This document shows, in pieces, positions 51,763 to 63,162 of a DNA stretch of 64,000 bases. The notes beneath the pieces are model-generated. The model did no database searches, was not told the origin of the DNA, and saw only the letters and a list, made by a program, of their open reading frames with translations. The stretch comes from Paraphysomonas bandaiensis (lineage: Eukaryota; Protista; Chrysophyceae): positions 496,001-560,000 of the forward strand of contig CBFFRP010000363.1 in assembly GCA_965644295.1 (NCBI GenBank), in the 5' to 3' direction. A program made the translations under genes and the position numbers. Numbering within the stretch: the first letter of the stretch is position 1; every line of letters starts with the position of its first letter.

Positions 51763-54630
51763 TTACCGTCCTTGGAGTTCTTGCGCGTTTGCCGTGCGGA
51801 TGATTCTCGGCAGGGGTCCCTTCCCCCGAAGGTAATGCTGAGTCAGCCTGGGGCTGCACCTGCCCACTTTCCGACTGCTGTGGCACCACTCTCCGCTGAT
51901 ACCGCCGTCACGGTTGTCAGTAACTCTGGCCCTAACCACCCTCTGCGCAAGATCCTCTGTCATCTTCTTGATGTCAGCAATATGAATAGGAGTTTTATCC
52001 TCCACTTGAACCTGGTTACCAGTAACCAACGACCGGTATCCCACAATAAGTCCCTTCCTTATCACCACTCTGTTAGTCTTGTATAGCAGACCACCATCCT
52101 CATGGTGCTTTCCGATAAGATACTCAAACTCACCCGGTTGACGAGCCTCGGGATCTATAGCCACTTGAGCCTCCTCCAGCTCTCTATAATAATCCTGAGA
52201 CCTCTCAGGTACCGATTCATCAAATAATACATGTACAGAGTGTACTACGGTGTCCCCCACTAGCACCTTGTATCCTTTTCGATCAGCTGGATACCCTATG
52301 AAATAACCTGTCATTGCTTTGTCCTCCCAGTCCTTCCTCCTGTCGGCCTTGGGTGTTAGCACATATGCTTTGCACCCCCATTTCCGTAGCCACGATAGGC
52401 TGGGAACGCTCCCCCCTGGGACACACTCATATGGAGACATCCATCCTTGCCACGTCCGAGTTGGCATTCGTCGCACAATGTAACATGCAGTTTGATAAGC
52501 ATCAAACCAGAACGACTTTGGAAGTCCAGATGCCGTCAACATCGTCAGTGTCATCTCCCCAATTGTTCGGAATTTCCTCTCAGACACCGCGTTGAGCTCT
52601 GGCGTGTCTCGTGTTGTATGTGACACCCGAGTCCCATATCGCTGCAACAGATACTCTCTTATCTGCTGACTAATAAGTTCGGATCCTCCATCGGCATGAT
52701 ACTCCACTATACGGTTCCACCCCTCGTACTTCACTAAGTGGACCTCGCACAAGTGTCGTAGACATTTGAACACCTCCTCTCCGCTTCGAGTCCTCAATCC
52801 ATATTCCCATATCATCTTTGTTGCTAAGTCCGTAAATAGGAGCACGTACTTATACCCTTGTCTGGATTCACAATTGAGGTAGACTGAGATGTCCGCTGTC
52901 ACTCTTTCCAGAAACCTGACTGCGCTTAGCTCTTCGTTGTCCCGTGATTTGAACGAATGCCTGGTTATCTTCGCCTTGGCACACCATTTACACAGGGGTT
53001 TCTTGCAACTCTTCTCCTTTGCCTTCGAAAGGTGATGTCGTTGTAGTCTTGATCCTCTGAATAACATGTGTCGGTGAGCTTCTATTAACTTCGATTTCGA
53101 GACATGTCCAGTACGCTCATGTAAGCGATCCAACGCATCTTGTCCTGTATTATCCGACAAATTTACCTCCTCCATCTGATTGCACATAGACACATTTGGC
53201 AGATTTAACACCTCCATCAAGTCCACATACGGCATTCCTCCATGCTCATCGTACTCTCCAGTCAACACCTCGTTTCCAGAGTCCAATTCCACGATTTTAG
53301 GCTTTCGAAGCAGTTGTAATCCGTATCCCATTGATCTCAGCATTCCTCCTGACACAATGTTCTTCACCGCTTCTTCACTAACTCTGATGTCTCTCCATTC
53401 CCCGAATGTACCACTTCCCTGTGTCTCCAATTGAGAACCCTTTCTAGTTAGTTGGATTGCCCCAAACTCAGGAGTAAATGACTCCAGTGCAACTTTATCC
53501 TTTACTATAAACAGTCTTTTACTTGCACAACTGTCCAGATATACACGAGGTTCTTCCGACGTATCCACCGATAGCAAAACCTCTTCTCCAAACATATTCG
53601 CTTCATCATCCGACGACTCTCCGTCGTTGACGTATTTCTTCCATTCTGTCTCGAATTTCCTGTTCGATTTTCCAGGATTCTCATTATCCGGGTTTTTTAT
53701 GTTCTTCCGTTTTTTCGACTTGCACTGTCGGGCTTTGTGACTAAAATCTTCACAGATATGACAACCAGTATAATCCTTTGACCCTGGCTGCTGCACACTC
53801 TTCGAAGTGTTTTCCTTTGTCTTCCCTTTTCTTTTAAACTTATCCATTTTTCTTTGTCGTTCCTTAGCATAACAATTCGCTGCTACATGTCCCTTCTTCC
53901 GACAAAATGAACAAACCACTGGCTCCTTCGACGCTGTAAAATTGATCTCTTCAGACTTGTCTCCCTTTAGTTTCTTCAGCTGCGTCATAGCCTCGTCATA
54001 CTCTTCACAAGCCTCTTTCACCGAATCAAATGTAGTTGTTGCTTTAGGCATCATCGCTACCGACATCCATAAATCATGTAATTCCTCTATCTGCAGCGCT
54101 GCTTTTATCTTTGCTAATTTACTTGCCTCTGTCTGCGGTTGTCCCAATTTTATGAGCTTCTGGATTATACCGTTCAGTCGATCTACCCCAACAGACACCT
54201 TTTCCCCCGGCCTTATTTTGAACGAATGGTATTCTGCCGTAGTCTTCTCCAATACAGTCCCAATCTCGCCTCTGAACCTATCAACCAGTGTCTGAAGGAG
54301 CTCACTGGATAACACCTCCTTAGCAGGATCATCAGCAGGTAAAATTGCCTTCCCCTCCAAATATTGATTGGCTACCTCCAACACATCAGGGTCATGCTCG
54401 CAAGCCTCCCAAATAGTACTAACACAGGTATCATTACGCTCTCTCCATGACTCTAAATTCCTTCCTCCGGCTGGCGGGTCCTCCAAGCCAAGATGGTTTC
54501 GGTTTTTCTTCATTAGATGCATCTTGATTTTTCTCGCTGAATAGTCTGCTTGGTTCTTGTCAAACCGTAGCTTCTTGTCATCTTCCCCATCCCTACAACT
54601 AGCATTCGCTACCACAACAGAAGTTGACAT
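51763..54630 (-). CDS. Copia gag-protease-integrase polyprotein; frameshift near 51900, true continuation in ORF 51563-51889
   Basis: Two CCHC knuckles (CSFCRKKGHVAANC, CHICEDFSHKARQC); protease YLDSCAS; HHCC (LHERTGH...CKWC); DDE (TADI, HADGGSE, NAVSER); SH3-like CKAYV...GYFIGY. Confidence 0.93.
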   Translation of the reverse strand: MSTSVVVANASCRDGEDDKKLRFDKNQADYSARKIKMHLMKKNRNHLGLEDPPAGGRNLESWRERNDTCVSTIWEACEHDPDVLEVANQYLEGKAILPADDPAKEVLSSELLQTLVDRFRGEIGTVLEKTTAEYHSFKIRPGEKVSVGVDRLNGIIQKLIKLGQPQTEASKLAKIKAALQIEELHDLWMSVAMMPKATTTFDSVKEACEEYDEAMTQLKKLKGDKSEEINFTASKEPVVCSFCRKKGHVAANCYAKERQRKMDKFKRKGKTKENTSKSVQQPGSKDYTGCHICEDFSHKARQCKSKKRKNIKNPDNENPGKSNRKFETEWKKYVNDGESSDDEANMFGEEVLLSVDTSEEPRVYLDSCASKRLFIVKDKVALESFTPEFGAIQLTRKGSQLETQGSGTFGEWRDIRVSEEAVKNIVSGGMLRSMGYGLQLLRKPKIVELDSGNEVLTGEYDEHGGMPYVDLMEVLNLPNVSMCNQMEEVNLSDNTGQDALDRLHERTGHVSKSKLIEAHRHMLFRGSRLQRHHLSKAKEKSCKKPLCKWCAKAKITRHSFKSRDNEELSAVRFLERVTADISVYLNCESRQGYKYVLLFTDLATKMIWEYGLRTRSGEEVFKCLRHLCEVHLVKYEGWNRIVEYHADGGSELISQQIREYLLQRYGTRVSHTTRDTPELNAVSERKFRTIGEMTLTMLTASGLPKSFWFDAYQTACYIVRRMPTRTWQGWMSPYECVPGGSVPSLSWLRKWGCKAYVLTPKADRRKDWEDKAMTGYFIGYPADRKGYKVLVGDTVVHSVHVLFDESVPERSQDYYRELEEAQVAIDPEARQPGEFEYLIGKHHEDGGLLYKTNRVVIRKGLIVGYRSLVTGNQVQVEDKTPIHIADIKKMTEDLAQRVVRARVTDNRDGGISGEWCHSSRKVGRCSPRLTQHYLRGKGPLPRIIRTANAQELQGR
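54597..54614 (-). promoter_or_regulatory. Primer-binding site, initiator tRNA-Met-like
   Basis: TGGTAGCGAATGCTAGTT immediately follows the 5' LTR. Its complement AACTAGCATTCGCTACCA fits tRNA positions 59-76 with A60, C61, U72, A73 and CCA, which are eukaryotic initiator features. Confidence 0.8.
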
Positions 54631-54907
54631 TATTTGCTAAGGTTTACTATTCTCAACTGATAAGATGAAATTATAAACATTACATGATAAAGAACCTAAG
54701 TTGTGTTCGATGTGTTCAACACCATTCATTTACTACTATAGTCTACAAACCACACACTCAGTGATCGTATCCTGTATAGTCACCCACTTCTACTTCAGTT
54801 TCATACTACACAATATAATGTACTAATTACATATATATCTTTCGATCCTTGCATCTCACATAATACTGCACTCAATTGCAAGTATATAGAATCTTCAGAT
54901 CTCAACA
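54615..54907 (-). repeat. 5' LTR of the Copia element
   Basis: Direct repeat of 50760-51052. It contains the gag ATG at 54630. Confidence 0.97.
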
Positions 54908-55068
54908 AGAGAAATTGTAACTGCTAATACATTTGTCGCTTGGCCGGTATATTTACCGTGGAACAAGTTGGTGTTAGTAATGCTAGTTTATTTACACTCC
55001 AATACAAAATATATTGCAACACTTGTTAACGCACATATATATCGTGACGTGACCACTCAGCTCTATCT

Positions 55069-58000
55069 CTATATAATATCCTCATAAAAAGTTGAAGATT
55101 TTGTCAGACTACGATGTAGTTTAGATGGACTCCTTTCACCCCTTCTTCTTAACACTTTCAACAGTACAAAGGAGTCACGGTCGCGTACAATAAGCTCTAA
55201 AATATCTTCACAAAATAGCCCCTCTACCTTAACTCCATTCACTTCAAGAATTTCATCGCCGACGCGAAGAATATTCTGCTTTGCAACGTTGCTGGAGACG
55301 TCAATATCAGATATTATAAAACGGTTGACTTTTCTCGATGGCGACTGCATAAATTGAACCATGAGTGAATTGTTCGTCTTGGGAACTAACGTCTCAAACA
55401 TGACATGGCGGCGCTTCATCTCTCTGATCACCTTCACATGGGACCTCGCATTACCACTGGAGTGCCTCGCATTTCTTCTCATTCGCATATTAGATGCGGA
55501 ACAGGGTTTTCCAACAAGCAAGAAATTCTCACTGCAACTACCGGTCAACATCCCCACGTTGTCAGAGTTCATTGGCACCTCCATAGCATGGTCCAGCTCA
55601 GACTGATGGGTAGACTCTTCAATAATTCGCAAGAACTCGCTATCAGTGTACAGCTTGCTAAGCATGGGGGACAGACCGACGGATTCATTTCGAACACTGC
55701 TCCCTCGGTCAGCACTGTCAAATGTAGACTCAAAGAGGGAGCTATTAATAAGCTTTTGCTGCTGCATAAACCCATTAAAATCAGCGGCTAGATTCTCAAT
55801 GAAGCTGATATCCTCGTACACAGTATCATCTAAGTCCTCACGGAATGATACCCGCCTCAAATCCCCGTATTCCTTCGACACCAAGGAGTCCTGTATTCGC
55901 ATCACAGGACTGGGAAGTCCAATAGATGAACTGAAATTCCTCACAACCTCATCTAAATCAGTTCCCACATCATTCCTATCCGGTATGATGGCTTCTGCTG
56001 TAGACAGCGTATGCTCTTTACTTTGGTCTTGTGACGAGGCGGGTTTAGAAAAAAAACTTTTGTCTACATTACCATCGTAAGAAGATTCATAGGATACAAG
56101 TGCAGTTGCACTGCCGTTTTCCACGAGCAGTGAGTTTCTATTGGTGTCTACTTCTCTTACTGCTGTCAGTGTTTCCTGTCGTACTATATCTGTGTTTACT
56201 TCTCCTACTGCTGTTGGAGTGGTCAGCAGATGACAAGCATGAATTCGGGATGATATTTCCTTTGTGACAGCTGTTAAAGCAACACTCGTGTACAAAGATG
56301 AAAGGGCGAGCGCATAACTCGTTGCCACAGAACAGTGCACCTTTCGCCTGTAGAGAGTGGCGCACAATACTACGGCACTGTCAAGAGAAAAATGGAGTGC
56401 AGAGTATACCACACGCCGCGCCATTGTACACGCCGCATCATAAGATGAAAGTATCGTATTCTTACGACAAGCAACTTGTGCACTGCGCACTCGCCCCACA
56501 AAGCAGGATTGATCTATTACTTTCGCCACTCCACTTTGAATCAAATGCCCCACATAGCGCGCAGTCAACTTCTGACGAACTTGCCTCGGATTGCGATGTA
56601 GACCGCATAAAAACGTAGCTGCAGAAACAATCGCACCTTCACACGTGCTCAATGCAATTCTGTTCCGAACAACTTCATGTGAACCCTTTCTCGATACAGT
56701 TTTGAGAGCAGCAGATATTACTTGACTGCAAAACTTGCTGGACATTGCGCTGCATATCAAGCAAAATTCTATTCTGTCACTGAATGATAAACTACTCAGC
56801 TTTGACAATGCACGAGCCACTTCGTCGTTGGCTTCATTTATGTCAGAGATAGGGAAACGCCGATCTTGCAGTGACATACATGCAATATTCACGAAGCTCT
56901 CTTTCGTATCAGTAGTATATTCTTGCCTATTCACAGCAGGCGACTTCACAGCAACATCTATTTCCTCTTTTTCAGGCCGAACAGGTAACTCCATGGGAGG
57001 GATACGACTTTCAGGTGTAGTAACGTAGGGTTCACTGGCGAGGATGCCATTCAATAAGGGCTCCGGCGTCGTTTTAGTGCAATCTATTTTATCTTTTGTA
57101 TTCACAGGGGCATCTGTATCTCTTTCGCTTAAGCTGTCGCTCCTTTCGGGTTCTGAATCCATCTTTGCAGAAGAATTTACATTTTTGCTCTTTGCAATAG
57201 AAGTTTCGTGGCTGACATCGTGTTTGTCGCATCGGACGATTGTAGAATTCTTTACTGGCCGCGGGGCCGAGTTCAATCTAAAAGTACCGGACATATTATG
57301 AGTGAGGGCAGACTGCGCTAAGTCGTCCAGTCTACTGTCTCTCACTACAGCTTGTACAGGTGAAATATTGGCAGGGTTCCCAAATATACGCCTTCCCCTG
57401 TACGACGGTGCTACAAGAGGGGGTGGAACAATCAAATTGTCAGTACTACTGTCGAATTTTCTTCTCAGGTCATTGCATACAGAGGAGGCAGGGGCCGTTC
57501 GAGAAAACATAAGCTCACTATCAGTGCGTGTATCCATTTCAGGGAATAGAGCACCAAGTCCACTGTCCATATGCCTAATTAGTTTAACACCAGTACCACT
57601 TGTTGGGGTATCCGATTTACGATGCAACTGCACATCCGGGAATACTTCTGCAGATTCAATTTTCCTAGTACCACGCCCGCATTTAGTCAAAATTCTGGAA
57701 TATCCAGTGGGAGTGAGCGCAGAAGTGGCAGGCGACTCTATATCTGGAAATAGCATATCAAAATCACCTTCACTGTAGTTTACTTCAGTGTCCTCATTGA
57801 AAGTTTGCTTCTGAAGGTTTGGATTCAATATCCCATCACTATCACAAGCAACCCTATCACCACCATTCAATGAAACGGACATATCGACATCCGGAGAACA
57901 GTCAAACATTACGGTTCCAGTTTTTTCGCAAGTACTACCAAGCTGACGCGGTGATTCCTTAAAACCATAACCACAAGAACGCCAGGAAGTTCTCATCCTA

Positions 58001-61000
58001 TCTGGAAAAGGTGTCCCTAACTCAACCCTCCGGCTCATCCCCTCTAAAGATGGTGTACCTCCCAAACCACCACGCTGGTCAGCCCCCCGGCTCAACTCTG
58101 GCAGAGATGGTGCGCCTACAAAGTCACTATGATGGTGAGGAGAATTCATCGCAGTATCCGTTTTTGATACATGCACCCTATGATCAGCCTTCCGGCTCAA
58201 CTCCTCCAAATATGGTGTTCCAGTAAAACCACCACGCTGGTCAGCCCTCCGACTCAACTCCTCCAAAGATGGTGTACCTCCCAAACCACCACGAGGATGA
58301 GTTGAATCAGTCGCAGAATCTGTTCTTGATGCAGGTATCCCGTGATCAGCCCTCCGACTCAACTCCTCCAAAGATGGTGTACCTCCCAAACCACCACGAG
58401 GATGAGTTGAATCAGTCGCAGAATCTGTTCTTGATGCAGGTATCCCGTGATCAGCCCTCCGACTCAACTCCTCCAAAGATGGTGTACCTCCCAAACCACC
58501 ACGAGGATGAGTTGAATCAGTCGCAGAATCTGTTCTTGATGCAGGTATCCCGTGATCAGCCCTCCGACTCAACTCCTCCAAAGATGGTGTACCTCCCAAA
58601 CCACCACGAGGATGAGTTGAATCAGTCGCAGAATCTGTTCTTGATGCAGGTATCCCGTGATCAGCCCTCCGACTCAACTCCTCCAAAGATGGTGTACCTC
58701 CCAAACCACCACGAGGATGAGTTGAATCAGTCGCAGAATCTGTTCTTGATGCAGGTATCCCGTGATCAGCCCTCCGACTCAACTCCTCCAAAGATGGTGT
58801 ACCTCCCAAACCACCACGAGGATGAGTTGAATCAGTCGCAGAATCTGTTCTTGATGCAGGTATCCCGTGATCAGCCCTCCGACTCAACTCCTCCAAAGAT
58901 GGTGTACCTCCCAAACCACCACGAGGATGAGTTGAATCAGTCGCAGAATCTGTTCTTGATGCAGGTATCCCGTGATCAGCCCTCCGACTCAACTCCTCCA
59001 AAGATGGTGTACCTCCCAAACCACCACGAGGATGAGTTGAATCAGTCGCAGAATCTGTTCTTGATACAGGCATCCCTTGATCAGCCCTCCGACTCAACTC
59101 CTCCAAAGATGGTGTACCTCCCAAACCACCACGAGGATGAGTTGAATCAATCGCAGAATCTGTTCTTGATACAGGTATCCCTTGATCAGCCCTCCGACTC
59201 AATTCCTCCAAAGATGGTGTACCTCCCAAACCACCACGAGGATGAGTTGAATCAATCGTAGAATCTGTTCTTGATACAGGTATCCCTTGATCAGCCCTCC
59301 GACTCAACTCCTCCAAAGATGGTGTACCTCCAAAATCACCACGAGGATGAGTTGAATCAATCGCAGAATCTGTTCTTGATACAGGTATCCCGTGATCAGC
59401 CCTCCGACTCAACTCCTCCAAAGATGGTGTACCTCCCAAATGAGTTGAATCAATCGCAGAATCTGTTCTTGATGCAGGCATCCCTTGATCAGCCCTCCGA
59501 CTCAATTCCTCCAAAGATGGTGTACCTCCCAAATGAGTTGAATCAATCGCAGAATCTGTTCTTGATGCAGGCATCCCTTGATCAGCCCTCCGACTCAATT
59601 CCTCCAAAGATGGTGTACCTCCCAAACCACCACGAGGATGAGTTGAATCAATCGCAGAATCTGTTCTTGATACAGGCTTCCCTTGATCAGCCCTCCGACT
59701 CAACTCCTCCAAAGATGGTGTACCTCCCAAACCACCACGAGGATGAGTTGAATCAATCGCAGAATCTGTTCTTGATGCAGACATCCCGTGATCAGCCTTC
59801 CGGTTCAATTCCTCCAAAGATGGTGTATCTATGAAACCACTACAACAATACGTAGATTCAATCGTAGTATCTGTGCTTGATACAGACATCTCTTGATCAG
59901 CCCTCCGGCTCAACTCCTCTAGCGATTGTGTACTCGCAGATAAATATAATTCATCTTCCCGCGACATTTGACTGTCTCCATACCTTTTCTCACCTTGAAT
60001 TGTTGTGTGGTGAAACTGTGCATCATTGTCTGTGCACGCATCATCCTGTATTTGATCGAACCTGTCAAGAGCTGAACTAATGGCAGAGTTAGCTATGGAT
60101 TCAGTGATGACTCTAAATTCTGCATTAGATATCGCTTTGATAACTATGCAACGACAGACACTGCGGTAGGCATTCTTTACATTAAAGTCTGAGCTATATA
60201 ACGTAGATATTCGATTTCTGTCCATCTGTTCAGTGTTGCTATCAGATACCAGAGCAGTTGAACTTCCAGTGCCAGGCTCTGAGTTCACACTATACTGTGC
60301 AACGGTGGCGTTTTTATCCTTATCAGGAACAGTCTTTTTGTCCATAAAACGCACATTGCGCATTGCTGAAGACTGTAGCAGCGGTTTCCTAATCATATTG
60401 GCTATGGCATCCTCGTGAGAGGCTATGAGCTCTCCACGCGCAACACGACCTTCTGTTTGCGGAGTGGAAATTATTGTCACACACGGAGACGCAGGTTTTC
60501 TTATTCCCCGTCCAGATCGGTTCGATTCTCCATCTAAATCCTCATCCACAGCCTCAGATACATGAGAAAGGTTGTCATTATTTCTGTTTGATAAGTCTGT
60601 ACCTTTAGACGCAATCTGCCCATTTTCCTCACTCAATCCACGATTTTCCAATCGATGACTTGATCGTTTGACTCGACGCAACACAACTATGGCAAAATTT
60701 TCATTCCGGTATTTCCCGCGGTGGAGGGCGCGATAGACATCGTCCAAACTTTTCCCTTGCACTCGCATACCGTTGATGGATAACAACTCATCTCCAATTA
60801 GTACTTGGCCTTGACGTGCAGCTTTACTATTCGCTCCAAATCCTCGTACATACAGCCCACCACCTCCTCCTTTCTCGTGTATAAGAAGTTGTAACGATCC
60901 TATCGTCTTTGGTACGTATACCTCAAGAACTTCAACCACCTCCTCAGTTTGACTTGACCGCACTGAAGCAGAACCGCCTTCAGAGTCATTCACTCGAGCA

Positions 61001-62086
61001 TTCTCAAAAATTGAACCTGGCACCGAATCCAGAGAGCGGTATTCCGGATGATCATAAGATTCGATTGAGTCACCCACATCAACTCCTGGAATATAGCTTC
61101 TAGATATGAGGTGAGGGTTTCGTTGAAGTGAATGTGCGCGACTGCCTCTATCAGAATGGCCGGTGGAAGTGCCGCTGGATACCCACCTCTGCTGTGTGTC
61201 GTCCCAGATCGAGAGAGACTGGCTACCAAGGGAATCACTGCTACTGTCGTCATGTGTCCTGTCACTGTACGTCGTAGTTTCATATCTTGCACTACTCTGA
61301 CGACTATCATTTGAGTTCGGCTCGTATTGTTGGGATTCGTACGATGGACTATCATATACACTATCTGTAACGCAAGAGATTTCTTGTCTCAAGCTTCTGT
61401 ATGAAGACTCTTCAGAACGGTCAGGAGAGGGATAGTGCAATTCGACGTAGTGGTCTTCGTAGAGGGAATGATTGTTACTGGCATCATAGCTCATATCTTC
61501 GTTAGCGTGTGATGTATCCGGTTCATTCACGCTATCCTCTTCAATGAATCTGCTGGAGCTGTAGGAACGACTGGTTGTGCTCAGCAATTCTCTAGCTGCA
61601 TGCGGTGAGTGGATACGACTGACATGCCTATTCTGAGATTGACTTCCACTGTTGCTATCCTGTGAAAAAATTACAGCAAGAGCTACAAAATACACGCGCA
61701 CTCACGTCATATACGCTAAAATTTCGGCGCCTTAATCGAAGAAGCACACTGGGGTTGGCAGCACTATCTGTGTGATCCAGTGCCCGTATGACATCCCGTA
61801 GAGAACCACCTTCCACTTCCTCGTCATTGACTGCCAGCAGCTCATCACCCAGCTGTACAAGTCCCCCTTTCTTCGCCTTGCTCCCAGGTCCAAATCCACA
61901 TACAAACAGCCCGTCAGAACCATCGACATACAGGCGCTGTATTTCAAGCATGAGTTTTCCATTTGTTTTATCGACCTGCGCATCCAACTCAACGATCGGA
62001 CTCGTACGCAGTTTCATCTCATTCGCAGTCTCGACAGTATGAAGTGAGTAGAAGGGATTTGATTGGCTGATTTGTTGGGACCGCAT
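55069..62086 (-). CDS. Large multi-PDZ protein (three PDZ-like domains) with an internal 35-aa tandem repeat
   Basis: PDZ motifs GLFVCGF...LGDELLAVN, GLYVRGF...IGDELLSING and LRVGDEILEVNG. Exon 1 (62086-61706) joins through a 46-nt GT-AG intron (61705-61660) to the long ORF. Confidence 0.88.
58015..59925 (-). repeat. Coding 105-bp minisatellite (~20 units of SLEELSRRAD...GGTP)
   Basis: Period is 105 bp. Seven central units are identical, two units carry the same 12-bp deletion, and the edges are degenerate. Confidence 0.97.
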
Positions 62087-62700
62087 CACTTCACTTCATA
62101 TTCACACACAGCAACTCCTCAAACATGCACTATGAATGGGTATATAAGACAGATACAGGCACCACTAGATGCTCTCTATGGTCGTGTTGCGGCGGGGATT
62201 TATCTATGCTGTGTTCTACATACGACACAGCTGTATAGTGAGGGGAAATCGGACCATACTAAGCTACTATCTAACCACACCTACAACCACGAGCATACCT
62301 ATGGAGGCGTAGCAGCATACCCATCACAAATGAAGGTGGCGGTAATGTGATGTGGTGTTATTTGTGCGGTATGGTTCATAGAGTTGATGCTTCCAGAGTA
62401 CACTCCACAGATGCATGTCGAGAGTCGTACTGTATACATGCGTATACCACTGTATAGAAAATGAACGCTGTTCTAAAGTAACTGCCGTGTGTATATCAGT
62501 ACACTACAACGTAGTACGTTCCTACAGCAGTGCTACGGGCTACAGAGCATCTGATGATACGCAATAATACTGCTATCAACGCACTGCCAATGCAGCAGTG
62601 GGCCGGAGCATGCATAGAGTCCGGCATAAGCGACTGTGACAACAACAACTGAACACCTGCTCACTTTGCAGCTACATATTCGCTTATATCAACCTGTAAA

Positions 62701-63162
62701 ATGACGTCAGATGAAGAACAGGAGGTAGGTGTTAGTGGTGTATTACTCTCGTCCTCAGAACGTGCATCAGGTGCGATGGGAAGACCAGGAAAAAATCAAC
62801 GAGTTTGGTAAACTAAATAACAGACTGATTGAATTACGGGCAGATATTAAACAGATCAAAGAAGACATAGAAAAACTAGATGATGCATCATCTGAAGTGA
62901 TGATGGCAGCTGAACCAGAATTTATGGTACTGATGGGGGAAGCTTTTGTCGAGTGTGACGAAGACTTTATCACTGATTACTGCGAGAAGAAAACAGAGGT
63001 ATCAGAAAAGAGCATATATATTCCGTTTAATGCGTTGTGAAGATGCTAAATACAAGATTAGAGAGCTTAAATGAGGAAGAATCCTCGATTTTGGCCAGAC
63101 AAAAGGAGTTGAAAACTGAACTCTACTCGCGATTCGGAAGTTCCATCAATTTGGAGACATAA
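62701..63162 (+). CDS. PFDN4: Prefoldin subunit 4, 3 exons
   Basis: VRWEDQEKINEFGKLNNR...LDDASSE...MGEAFV...ELKTELYSRFGSSINLET*. Introns 62725-62758 and 62999-63042. Confidence 0.95.

Larger units (their letters stand above)
50760..54907 (-). mobile_element. Ty1/Copia LTR retrotransposon, young, with reverse transcriptase deleted
   Basis: 293-bp LTRs; 5-bp TSD AGAGA (50755-50759 / 54908-54912); PBS and PPT (GAGGGGGAG, ~51053-51061) present. Domain order is gag-PR-IN-(RT missing)-RH. Confidence 0.97.

Noticed and set aside
58269-59834. Plus-strand 330-aa and 187-aa repeat ORFs
   Set aside because: Antisense shadows of the 105-bp coding repeat. One stop-free unit makes the whole array open, and the frame is broken at 59261.
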